This document shows positions 9,828-18,408 of a stretch of 64,000 nt of DNA, piece after piece. The notes beneath the pieces were generated by a model, which was given only the letters and a program-made list of their open reading frames with translations, searched no databases and had not been told where the DNA came from. The stretch comes from Bacteroidales bacterium (lineage in GTDB: Bacteria; Bacteroidota; Bacteroidia; Bacteroidales; P3): contig JAFVCA010000050.1 in NCBI GenBank assembly GCA_017479705.1, positions 3,385 through 67,384 on the forward strand. Reading direction: 5' to 3'. How positions within the stretch are numbered: the first letter of the stretch is position 1; each line of letters begins with the position of its first letter. The translations under genes and the position numbers were made by a program.

Positions 9828-9859
9828 CAATGGTTTATTAACCTTAAAAAAAGTAAAAA

Positions 9860-10624
9860 ATGAAGATTAATTATTTAAACAACAAAATGTTAAAGAAGTA
9901 TGTATTGTGGATGATGTTGGCCAGTGTGTGGGTGACATTTGTGGCGTGTAGAAGTGCCGAGAAAACCACTGCGAAGGATGAAAAGATATTTTTTGAAACG
10001 GAACAATATATTGTCAGTATCTCACCTGTCTCCGGCGATGCTGAAGATGTAGTTATGAAGGCTCAGTCAGCCGCTGAGAGGCAGACTCTTGATACCCTTG
10101 AATTTTATGGCACTCTTCCACTAACGGCATACAATTTAGTGATAGCTCAGAGTAGTGTGGATTCTACATTTGATGCCTTTTGTGGGCCAACATTATATGT
10201 TTGGCCTTCGAATCAAGAAGTAAGTCAACATTATAGGATTGTTATTGTAAACAAGAAACCTGATGCTTCACCTGATTTTTTACAGGTAGTAAGGGGAATG
10301 GTGGACAACAGCCCTTTGACAAGTGACACCTCGTATGAAAACATGTATGTGTTGAGTGTGAAAGATGAAAGCCAGTTTGCAAGCATGTATAGCAACGACG
10401 ATCATGCAACGGATGTCAGGGGATTCGTCATGTCATTAAGGGGCAGATACTCTTTGCCTGTTGTAAATGACAATGCTGTGAACACTGACTTCCCATTGTT
10501 ATATAGAATGGAGGAGACTATAGATATGGATTTAGAAGAGTATTTGACGTTGCTGAGAGACAAGTATGGTATTGAGGTGAGAAAACAAAATCACGCAAGA
10601 ATGCAGGTGATAAAGTTCAATTGA
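9860..10624 (+). CDS. Hypothetical lipoprotein (AT-rich gene)
   Basis: 254-aa ORF. Signal peptide plus lipobox (WVTFVACRS). An alternative start is the ATG at 9887. Composition is clearly more AT-rich than its neighbours. Confidence 0.55.
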   Translation: MKINYLNNKMLKKYVLWMMLASVWVTFVACRSAEKTTAKDEKIFFETEQYIVSISPVSGDAEDVVMKAQSAAERQTLDTLEFYGTLPLTAYNLVIAQSSVDSTFDAFCGPTLYVWPSNQEVSQHYRIVIVNKKPDASPDFLQVVRGMVDNSPLTSDTSYENMYVLSVKDESQFASMYSNDDHATDVRGFVMSLRGRYSLPVVNDNAVNTDFPLLYRMEETIDMDLEEYLTLLRDKYGIEVRKQNHARMQVIKFN

Positions 10625-10765
10625 TTCCGACAAACGTGGCGTTCCCGCGTCCTGCAACACTTAGGACCGGGATCACTGCTTTCGGTTGTTGCAGCCGCTA
10701 CAGTGCTACAGGTCGGTTCTCGGCTATCCTAAGGTTGAGACCTATCAAAACTGCAACTTTTTTGC

Positions 10766-10807
10766 AAAAAAAAGAGGGTGCCCCAAAACTTATGGGACAC
10801 CCTCTCT
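10766..10807 (-). terminator. Rho-independent terminator of creD
   Basis: On the minus strand: gagggtgtcccataagttttggggcaccctc followed by tttttttt. Confidence 0.7.
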
Positions 10808-10859
10808 GCATTGCCACAACAGCAAGTGGAGCATCACGCAGACGGAGGGTCAAAAGGGG

Positions 10860-12155
10860 TTAGTTTTTCTGATACCAGTTGATTTTTTGCGAGGCGTACA
10901 TGGCTGTGGCTACGATGGCGAAGACGCCCAGGCTGCCGACGAGGAGGGCGTAGCTTTCCAGCTGCATGATGACGTAGATGAAGGTGTAGAGCACCGCAAG
11001 CAGCGAGCCAATGATGAGGGCGGCGCGTGTGTTGCGGAGCAGGGCACGCACAAAGAGGGTGATGAGGCTGATGGTCATGACGGAGGCAATGAGGTAGGAG
11101 AGGAGGAAGGTGAGGTGCTCGGAGAAGGAGAGCAGCAGGGTGTAGAAGAGCATGAGGGCTATGCCTACAAGGGCGTATTGGACAGGGTGGACGGGTGTTT
11201 GGCGGCGGATTTCGACAAAGAAGACCACGGCAAAGGTGAGCAGGATGATGAGGTAGGCATATTTGATGCTGCGGGTGGTCTGCTGGTACTGCATGACGGG
11301 CACTTTGAGGTCCACGCCGAAGGGCTGTGCATTCCTGAGTTCGGAGTGTGAGCCGAGCACTTGGGCAAAGTCGCGGTTCAGTGCCAGCACCTTCCAGTCG
11401 GCGGTGAAGCCTTGGTCCGTCACCTCGCGCTGGGCGGGGAGATAGCGGCCGGTGAAGCTGGGTGTGACGCAGTCGGAGGCTAAGTGGACCGAGGTGGTGC
11501 GCCCCACGGGGAGGAAGTAGAGGTGGTCGGAACCTTTGAGGGGTACGTGGAGCTGATAGTTGAGGGTGCCGCCATTGAGGAGCGGGCTGATGTCGACGCC
11601 GCACGACAGGGCATCGCTGTTGCCTAAATGCAGGGCTTCGGCGGCGAGGTCTGCCGATTTGCCGTCCAAGGTGAGGGAGGGATTGTCCGTGAACCCGCGG
11701 AAGTCGCTGATGGCAAAGAGCAGTTTGGCACGGCCGGTGCGGAGACGTTTGAGGCGGTCGGCACTGAGCTCTTTGGGCAGGACGAAGTGGCCGGCAAGGT
11801 CGATACCGGTTTCGTAGACCGTGAAATCATAGATGCCGCGCTTCAGGGTGCGGGAGTTGATGTCGCCCTTGAGGTTCAGCTCTTCGGGCAGGAGGTAGAC
11901 GTTGGCGGCAGCGCTGTCGCCGGGAATGAAAAGCACGGGGCCTGTGAGGGTCTGCCCGTTGCCCCACTTTTCGCACACTTCGATGTCGGCTGTTTGCTCG
12001 GTGTTGCTGCGCTCATTCACCATGTTCATGATGATGGCTTGCGGAATGAGCAGCAGCAGACTGATGACGACGATGAGGGAGAGCTTGATGCCTAAGCGGA
12101 GGTTGTGGCGGTTCCCCGTGTCGGGGAGGGCGTTGGGATGATTGTTGTTTTGCAT
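10860..12155 (-). CDS. creD: Cell envelope integrity protein CreD family
   Basis: 431 aa. N-terminal TM, large periplasmic segment and a C-terminal cluster of TM helices. The N-terminal LGIKLSLIVVISLLLLIPQAIIMNMVNER is typical of CreD. Confidence 0.75.
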   Translation of the reverse strand: MQNNNHPNALPDTGNRHNLRLGIKLSLIVVISLLLLIPQAIIMNMVNERSNTEQTADIEVCEKWGNGQTLTGPVLFIPGDSAAANVYLLPEELNLKGDINSRTLKRGIYDFTVYETGIDLAGHFVLPKELSADRLKRLRTGRAKLLFAISDFRGFTDNPSLTLDGKSADLAAEALHLGNSDALSCGVDISPLLNGGTLNYQLHVPLKGSDHLYFLPVGRTTSVHLASDCVTPSFTGRYLPAQREVTDQGFTADWKVLALNRDFAQVLGSHSELRNAQPFGVDLKVPVMQYQQTTRSIKYAYLIILLTFAVVFFVEIRRQTPVHPVQYALVGIALMLFYTLLLSFSEHLTFLLSYLIASVMTISLITLFVRALLRNTRAALIIGSLLAVLYTFIYVIMQLESYALLVGSLGVFAIVATAMYASQKINWYQKN

Positions 12156-12239
12156 GATTGTTGTTTTTTAATGGGTTATTATCTTATTTGTTGTTATTCA
12201 AAAGAACTTTGGATTGCAAAGTATGGCGGTCAAAAAAAA

Positions 12240-12563
12240 TTATGACGAGGCGTGAGCCACAAACTGTTCGAGGGCTTTGAGATGGGCTTTGAAGGCTTGG
12301 CTGCCGGCCTGTGTGACGGAGAAGGAGGTGTTGGGTTTGCGGCCGATGAAACGTTTCTCGCACTGGATGTAGCCCAACTCCTCCAAGGCCCGCGTGTGGC
12401 TGGCCAGGTTGCCGTCGGTGAGGGCGAGGAGCTGTTTGAGGGTGGCAAAATCGGCGCTCTCGTTGACCATGAGCACGGACATGATGCCAAGGCGAGCTTT
12501 GCTTTCGAAGGCCTTGTTGAGGCCGTCGAGCGAGGGGAGAGTGTGTGGGCTGTTGGAGGGCAT
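12240..12563 (-). CDS. Winged-helix (ArsR/MarR-like) transcriptional regulator
   Basis: 107 aa: ARLGIMSVLMVNESADFATLKQLLALTDGNLASHTRALEELGYIQCEK. It is a paralog of the ORF at 51024-51314. Confidence 0.7.
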   Translation of the reverse strand: MPSNSPHTLPSLDGLNKAFESKARLGIMSVLMVNESADFATLKQLLALTDGNLASHTRALEELGYIQCEKRFIGRKPNTSFSVTQAGSQAFKAHLKALEQFVAHASS

Positions 12564-12568
12564 GGCGG

Positions 12569-13210
12569 TTAGGATTGGCGGCGGTTGCTAAGGGTGAAGA
12601 AGATGCCGAAGATGATGTGCCACAGGCCGAACCCTAAGAACCAGAAGAGAAGGCCCTGATTGACCACAAAGCAGTCGACAATGCCGAGCAGCAACTCGAC
12701 GTAGCCGAGGAGGGCAAGGCGGGAGGTGGTGTGGTGGGCGGAGTTGATGAGGGCAAGGCCGTAGAAGACCAGCATGAAGGAGGAGGTGATGCCGTAATGG
12801 CCCTGTTGCAGCATGGCGAGGCAGAGCAGTCCGCCCGTGGCAGCGGGGACGAAAAAAGCCCACAGGGAGCGGCGCACCGTCTGGTCGAAGACAAAACGCT
12901 GGTTGACGCGCTTGGTCTTGAAGTAGGACATGAGGCAGACGGTGCCGAACGACAGGACCAGCAGCACGAGGGCGCAAAGGATGGCGGCCCATGTGCGGCC
13001 CGGAGTGTTGAGGGCAAAGTCCGTGGCCCACGAGGGCAGCCAGCTGTAAGGCTCGTGATTGCCCAGCAGCAGCCATGCCCCAAACGAGACAATGGAGGCG
13101 TAAATCCCGATGATGATGATGGAAATTCCGCTGATGGTTTGGAAGCGGGAGGACTTTTGCATGAGGTCCTTTATCTCTCTGAGTGTGTCGATTGCGTCGT
13201 TGTTGTTCAT
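12569..13210 (-). CDS. Multi-pass membrane protein, unknown function
   Basis: 213 aa with about 5 hydrophobic helices. Stops 5 nt before the wHTH gene. Same architecture as 50385-51020. Confidence 0.65.
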   Translation of the reverse strand: MNNNDAIDTLREIKDLMQKSSRFQTISGISIIIIGIYASIVSFGAWLLLGNHEPYSWLPSWATDFALNTPGRTWAAILCALVLLVLSFGTVCLMSYFKTKRVNQRFVFDQTVRRSLWAFFVPAATGGLLCLAMLQQGHYGITSSFMLVFYGLALINSAHHTTSRLALLGYVELLLGIVDCFVVNQGLLFWFLGFGLWHIIFGIFFTLSNRRQS

Positions 13211-13465
13211 CTTGTTCTAAGAGTACTTTGAGTTGCAAAGTTACAAAGAAAAATTGAATACACAAGTTTTTTGTGATTTTTTTTGCAAGAAAGGCGCGCT
13301 GAGAGGCACCGGGACAAGCCCAAAGGAAACGCAACAAAAGGCCTGAAGAGATACAATAAAAGGCCAGAAGGGACGTTATCGGGGGGTAGTAGGATGTGGG
13401 CTTGCCCATGCTCCCTACTTGAAAAAATTCCCACGGATGGTAAACCCTAAAACAGACTGTACACA

Positions 13466-13771
13466 ATGATGCGGATAAAAGAGATGGAACAGTGCCTTGA
13501 CCAGGCCACCGCGGCCCTCGCCCAGACCGAGGCCGCTCTCGACGCCTATCAGGCCGCCCAGCCCGCCATAGCCATGCTGGCTGCCTATCTGGGCAGCGAC
13601 GACTGGCGCAAAGACCTTGCCGCCGACGAGCGCGGCCTCCTGCCCCTGGACCTGAAGCGAGGTGTGCTGAGCGAGGACGGGATATGGAACCTGCTGGAAC
13701 GCAACCGCGAGCTGCTGCAACAGATGCGTGACCTTGCCGCCCAAGGGACAGAACCCCTCCAGCAGCCGTGA
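13466..13771 (+). CDS. Small helical protein (DUF4298-like)
   Basis: 101 aa. MEQCLDQATAALAQTEAALDAYQAAQPAIAMLAAYLGSDDWRKD resembles the DUF4298 family from memory. Confidence 0.5.
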   Translation: MMRIKEMEQCLDQATAALAQTEAALDAYQAAQPAIAMLAAYLGSDDWRKDLAADERGLLPLDLKRGVLSEDGIWNLLERNRELLQQMRDLAAQGTEPLQQP

Positions 13772-13817
13772 ATCGATACAGATTAACGTAATAATGTAAT
13801 AATCCCCTAATTCCACA

Positions 13818-14549
13818 ATGAAAAACAAGACCCTTTTGCTGCTCCTGCTGCCATTGCTGGCCCTCCCGACAGCCCGCGGGCAGGAACAACCCGCCGGGAG
13901 CAGCCCCCTCACCCTGACAGGCTACGGCCTCTACGATTTCCACTACGCCACGGGCGGTCTCGGCGGCGGCGCCCTCCTGCTGGACTGGCAGGCTGCCCCC
14001 GCGTTCACCCTCAGTGTCGGGGCCGAATACGGCAGCAGCAACCGCATATCGGCCAAGCTCCGCGGGCAGGCCACGCTCTTCACCTCGCACGGTGGTGGAC
14101 GGCTGGCGTTGGAAAACAGTTACCTCTTCCGCCATTTCCCCTCGCTCAACTTGCAGGAGTTCACCGGCGCGTTGCAGGTGGCTTGGTATGCCCGCCACGT
14201 AAATATCCATTTGGGGCTCTGCAACCGCTACACCGCCGAGCTCGTCCAACGCAGCAACGGCGGTATGGGCACCGTGTTCGAACCCATGAACGTCATGTTT
14301 GCCGCCGAGGGTTGGTGGAACAACCAGCTTGGGGCCTCGCCGTGGAACGTAGGGCTGCGGTGGAGCAACTACAATGACTTTATCATTGAGCGTGTGGCCA
14401 ACTGGTTCTTCAGTGCCAAGGCCTCCTACCGTCTGCCCAACCGGACCACCTTCGTTGCCGAAGCGGGCATCCACCCCGTGGGGTCGCTGAACCTCACCGC
14501 CTCCTACGACGGCTGGTTCCTCCACCTCGGCGCAACAAAACAACTATAG
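13818..14549 (+). CDS. Secreted/outer-membrane protein, unknown function
   Basis: 243 aa. Signal peptide (LLLLLPLLALPTARGQ). Alternating beta-strand-like pattern rich in aromatic residues and Gly. Confidence 0.55.
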   Translation: MKNKTLLLLLLPLLALPTARGQEQPAGSSPLTLTGYGLYDFHYATGGLGGGALLLDWQAAPAFTLSVGAEYGSSNRISAKLRGQATLFTSHGGGRLALENSYLFRHFPSLNLQEFTGALQVAWYARHVNIHLGLCNRYTAELVQRSNGGMGTVFEPMNVMFAAEGWWNNQLGASPWNVGLRWSNYNDFIIERVANWFFSAKASYRLPNRTTFVAEAGIHPVGSLNLTASYDGWFLHLGATKQL

Positions 14550-14578
14550 TCTACAACCTTGTTTAAAACAGTATCCCG

Positions 14579-15445
14579 ATGAAATATAGACATATACTCA
14601 TTGTCCTCTCCCTCGTGGCGTTCACATCGTGCAACCGCCTTGACGTGGCTGGCATGTTCTTCTCCAGCGGCACACACACCGAGGACCGCGTGGCCGAATG
14701 GCTGGACTGGAACGAGAGCCATCCCGCCGTCGTCATCACCAATGCCCCGGACGATTACACCGTCTACGTCTGTTCCGACATCCATCTGGAAGGCAACACT
14801 GACCGCGTTGAGCGTTTTCTCCGCGCCGAGGGTTCCGACCCGCAGGGCCTTTTCAGCATCGTCAATGGCGACATCGCCAACGAGAGCGGTCCCCGTCCCT
14901 TCCGTCAGTTAGACAGCCTTATCCATTCCTCTGCCGCCGCCGACACCTGCTTTGTCACCATCGGCAACCACGACATCTACTTCGACTGCCAACAGTATTT
15001 CCAGCAGTATTTCCACACCTCCACCTATGCCGTCACCGTGCAGACCGTCGGCGGAGTGCGAGACCTCTTCATCTTCCTCGACAGCGGCAACGCCACCCAT
15101 GGCCGCCGCCAGCTGAGGTGGCTCCGCGACCTCTTGCAGCAGCGTGACCAGTACCGCCATGTGGTGGTCAACACCCACACCTGCCTCTTCCGCACCAGCT
15201 ATAACTACAGCACCACCCCCGCTGCCAACCTGCCGGAGGAGGAATACTACGAGTTGGTAGACCTTATGAGCAGCCATAACGTCAGCCTCTTCCTCATGGG
15301 GCACTTCCACCACAAAGAAGAGCACGCCCTTGGCGGCGTCCCCTACGTCATGACCGACAACCTCAACGACACGCACGATGCACCCTCATACCTCGTGGTG
15401 CGCTGCGCCGACAAAATATCCTACCGCTACGAAGACCTTTACTAA
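14579..15445 (+). CDS. Metallophosphoesterase (calcineurin-like) lipoprotein
   Basis: 288 aa. Lipobox (AFTSC). Motifs: CSDIHLE, NGDIANE, GNHDIYF, MGHFHH. Confidence 0.8.
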   Translation: MKYRHILIVLSLVAFTSCNRLDVAGMFFSSGTHTEDRVAEWLDWNESHPAVVITNAPDDYTVYVCSDIHLEGNTDRVERFLRAEGSDPQGLFSIVNGDIANESGPRPFRQLDSLIHSSAAADTCFVTIGNHDIYFDCQQYFQQYFHTSTYAVTVQTVGGVRDLFIFLDSGNATHGRRQLRWLRDLLQQRDQYRHVVVNTHTCLFRTSYNYSTTPAANLPEEEYYELVDLMSSHNVSLFLMGHFHHKEEHALGGVPYVMTDNLNDTHDAPSYLVVRCADKISYRYEDLY

Positions 15446-15840
15446 TCGAGTGATTGGATGGCCTCATAGAGTTGCGGGAAGCGCTGCGCCAAGACCACCG
15501 GCTTTCCCCCTTCAAGGAAACAGTGGACGCTGCGCCCCGTGCACACCACCTTGCCCTTCACCCGCATAGTGTAGGCAAAAGTAATCTTCAGCGCACTCAT
15601 CTCCGCCACCTTTACCTCCACCTCCACCACATCCTTGAACGTGGTGGAATGGCGGTATACGCACTCCACGCTCACCACGGGCGACACCACCCCCTCGGCC
15701 TCCATCCGGTCGAAGCCGTAGCCCAGCTGGTCCATCCAGTCCACGCGCGCCTCCTCCATAAAACGGACATAATTCGAATGGTGAGTAATCCCCATCCGAT
15801 CGCACTCATAATACTTTACCTCATGCTGATAACATTTCAT
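15442..15840 (-). CDS. Acyl-CoA thioesterase (4HBT/YbgC-like hot-dog fold)
   Basis: The ORF track extends to 15888. MKCYQHEVKYYECDRMGITHHSNYVRFMEEAR aligns with the usual N-terminus, so the start is taken at 15840. Confidence 0.75.
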   Translation of the reverse strand: MKCYQHEVKYYECDRMGITHHSNYVRFMEEARVDWMDQLGYGFDRMEAEGVVSPVVSVECVYRHSTTFKDVVEVEVKVAEMSALKITFAYTMRVKGKVVCTGRSVHCFLEGGKPVVLAQRFPQLYEAIQSLD

Positions 15841-15958
15841 ATTGCTGATGCGTATTGCTTTAAAAAAGAGCCATAATCCACTCTCCAAAACGCAACAACA
15901 GCCCTTTTATTGTGTTCCGCTGCCCCGTGTCATTCGTTCTCACCAAGTGGAAATAGTC

Positions 15959-15989
15959 TTTTCAATTTTCACCTTTCAATTTTCAATTC
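15959..15989 (+). repeat. Heptamer array (TTTTCAA-type), left flank of the AT-rich island
   Basis: ttttcaattttcacctttcaattttcaattc. It shares tttcaattttcacctttcaattttcaatt with 26529-26565. Confidence 0.9.
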
Positions 15990-16081
15990 AAAAAAGCTAT
16001 GATTCGCCCCCGCAACCCTCAGTCAAATACATGATAATAAATCAATAATAAAAAACCTTTTTTGGATTGGAATATTTTTTG

Positions 16082-16089
16082 TATTTTTG
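16082..16089 (+). promoter_or_regulatory. -7 box TAttTTTG with an upstream TTTG (16061-16064); candidate island promoter
   Basis: tatttttg lies 53 nt upstream of the ATG at 16142. A TTTG element sits about 20 nt further upstream, the expected spacing for the -33 element. Confidence 0.5.
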
Positions 16090-16141
16090 CAATTGCTTAT
16101 TGTATACAATACAGCACCGTAAAAGTAGATAACACACAACG

Positions 16142-17221
16142 ATGATGGACGGATTCAAAAACATAGAGATAAAGAATTTCAGGGGCATCGACCACCTGAA
16201 AATAGAGGATTTTGGGCGTGTCAACATCTTCCTCGGACAGAACAGTTCGGGCAAAAGCTCCGTATTGGAGGCTGTCAACCTCTCCTTGAACATGTCGAAT
16301 CCCGACATGCCGCAGGTAATAAACAATATTCGTGCCCGCAAGTCGTTCAGCACATTCTTGGATGCAAAATACCTTTTCCACAATCTGGACATGTCCAACC
16401 CTCCAGACCTGACGTTGGAGCAAACCGATGGCACGGTGCGGCATCTGACCCTGGGGATGACTTATGTCTTTGATGAATTGGCAGAGCCCAAGAATGAACC
16501 CATCCAGCAAGCGGGAACAATAGTCTATGTAAACACGCTGGAGATAACCTTCAGCACAACTGCCCAGGGGGAAAAGCAAGACTACAAAAGCTGGCTGCGC
16601 ATCAACCCTGCCGGTATTGTAGTCAACCGGAAGATTGCGGACAACTACTTAGAGAGACTGAGAGGGAGGGTGATTTCTGCTGATCTGACCTCCGACAACA
16701 CCGTATGGGATTTGGCTGAACTCTTTAAACGGAACCAGAAGAACATCGTTTTGTCCACATTGAAGCTATTCGATGCCCGGATCAATAGCATCGAAATCCT
16801 TAACGATGATGTATACATCGGTTTTGACGGCATGGCAGAGATGCTCCCATCGCGCATGACAGGCGACGGTCTGAGGCGATATCTGAGTATTGCCGCAAGC
16901 GCAGCCAACCCTATGATGCACATTATCATGCTGGATGAGATAGACAACGGCTTGCACTATTCTGCATACAAAAAACTCTGGGAAGCCCTTTTCATTCTGG
17001 CTGTAGGAACCAACAAACAGCTGTTCGTCACCACCCACAGCAAAGAGACACTATACAGTTTGAGCGAGATGCTGGAAGAACACGCCGAATATAGAAACGA
17101 GCTAAGCTTGTACACGCTGGAGCAGACAAAACTCAAAGGGCACCAGGCCTACAAGTACACCTACGAAGGCCTGTCGGGTGCTTGCGAGAATGATGTGGAA
17201 ATTAGAAGCATGGTTAAATAA
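16142..17221 (+). CDS. ABC-type / AAA_21-like ATPase (SMC/RecF-like, no nuclease domain visible)
   Basis: 359 aa. Walker A GQNSSGKSS, signature-like MTGDGLRR, Walker B IIMLDEIDNGLH, H-loop FVTTHSKE. Confidence 0.85.
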   Translation: MMDGFKNIEIKNFRGIDHLKIEDFGRVNIFLGQNSSGKSSVLEAVNLSLNMSNPDMPQVINNIRARKSFSTFLDAKYLFHNLDMSNPPDLTLEQTDGTVRHLTLGMTYVFDELAEPKNEPIQQAGTIVYVNTLEITFSTTAQGEKQDYKSWLRINPAGIVVNRKIADNYLERLRGRVISADLTSDNTVWDLAELFKRNQKNIVLSTLKLFDARINSIEILNDDVYIGFDGMAEMLPSRMTGDGLRRYLSIAASAANPMMHIIMLDEIDNGLHYSAYKKLWEALFILAVGTNKQLFVTTHSKETLYSLSEMLEEHAEYRNELSLYTLEQTKLKGHQAYKYTYEGLSGACENDVEIRSMVK

Positions 17222-17229
17222 TAACATGA

Positions 17230-18177
17230 ATGAAAACACAATCCTATTTTAACTATATTGAAGAACGCCTCACTTGGCTTTCAACTAGAATTACTTCGAG
17301 AGGGGCGCTAAACATGTATGACATCAATATACATTGCGAAGACTTCTATATGCGTTTGCTGAATCTTCTTTACGGATGGGATTTAGTAAATGCCAACACC
17401 ATTCAGCGGAATAATCCAGCCGTTGACTTGATTTATACGTCGGAAAATATAATCGTTCAGGTTTCATCGACAAACACTACCACTAAAATCCAGTCTTCAC
17501 TGGATAAATTAGATGCCAAATATACTGGCTGTAATTATAAATTTGTCTCTATTGCAAAGTCCACTGACAAACTTAAAGAACACAAGTTCAACACACCTTC
17601 AAATCTCAACATACAATTTAATGCACCCTATGATATCTATGATATTAATACTCTGTTGAATAAAATCAAATCTCTATCCGCAGCGGAAATGGAAGAGGTT
17701 TATAAGTTTATTAAACAAGAACTACATTTTGAAACAGATGAATTGAAACTTGAAACCGGACTTGCTCACGTAATAAACGAACTTTCAGAGATTAAATTAG
17801 AGAATAATGAAGAGAAGTTCGATACTGTTTCTTTCGATATTGATAATAAAATTATAAAAAACAATCTTGCTGTTTTTAAGGACATTATCGAACAATATGA
17901 TGTATATTTCTATGTTGTGCAAAGAATCTATGATGAGTTTGACACGATGGGGAATAATAAAAGTTACGCTGTCCTTCAGACTATCAGAAAAGAGTATTTA
18001 GAATTAAAAACGAAATTCTCTGGCGATGAATTGTATAAAGCCATTGCACAAAATGTCAAAGAAAAATTATCTTTGAGTGCGAATCTGAAACAGTTTTATG
18101 ATGATGATTTAGAATTATATGTTGATATCATTTTAGTTGATGCATTCATTGAATGCAAGATTTTCGAAAAACCCTAA
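17230..18177 (+). CDS. ABC-3C effector component, SMEK-like N-terminal domain
   Basis: 315 aa. FNYIEERLTWLSTRITSRGALNMYDINIHCEDFYMRLLNLLYGWDLVNANTIQRNNPAVDLIYTSENIIVQVSST matches my recollection of SMEK-domain proteins. Gene order is effector, small ORF, then DUF2326 ATPase. Confidence 0.6.
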   Translation: MKTQSYFNYIEERLTWLSTRITSRGALNMYDINIHCEDFYMRLLNLLYGWDLVNANTIQRNNPAVDLIYTSENIIVQVSSTNTTTKIQSSLDKLDAKYTGCNYKFVSIAKSTDKLKEHKFNTPSNLNIQFNAPYDIYDINTLLNKIKSLSAAEMEEVYKFIKQELHFETDELKLETGLAHVINELSEIKLENNEEKFDTVSFDIDNKIIKNNLAVFKDIIEQYDVYFYVVQRIYDEFDTMGNNKSYAVLQTIRKEYLELKTKFSGDELYKAIAQNVKEKLSLSANLKQFYDDDLELYVDIILVDAFIECKIFEKP

Positions 18178-18183
18178 TTAATC

Positions 18184-18408
18184 ATGCTATTGCCAGACAA
18201 TATTCGACCAGAGAACAGTGTATACTACAATGGGGCCTTTGTATTACAAGTACTCCAAAAATCGGGTGATATGCACATGTTTGATTTATACTCAAAAGTT
18301 TCTGAGATTGTACAAATTAGTTTTTCCTTATATTTACTATGTCTTGATTGGCTGTACTTAATCAATGTGGCAAAAATAGAAGGAGAGGAGGTCATATTAT
18401 GTTTATAA
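18184..18408 (+). CDS. ABC-3C middle component (small helical protein)
   Basis: 74 aa. Starts 6 nt after the effector stop and overlaps the ATPase start by 10 nt (ATGTTTATAA). Size and position fit the middle-component family. Confidence 0.55.
   Translation: MLLPDNIRPENSVYYNGAFVLQVLQKSGDMHMFDLYSKVSEIVQISFSLYLLCLDWLYLINVAKIEGEEVILCL

Noticed and set aside
10621-11351. ORFs 10621-10863 (+) and 10686-11351 (+) downstream of the 9860 gene.
   Set aside because: The first spans the creD terminator region and the second is antisense to creD. Both have composition typical of shadow frames.
18348-18398. Upstream extension of the ABC-3C ATPase ORF (MAVLNQCGKNRRRGGHI...).
   Set aside because: It overlaps the middle-component ORF by 61 nt. 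The ATG at 18399 is preceded by a purine-rich aggagaggagg and begins MFIKSLTIYN, as expected for this ATPase family.
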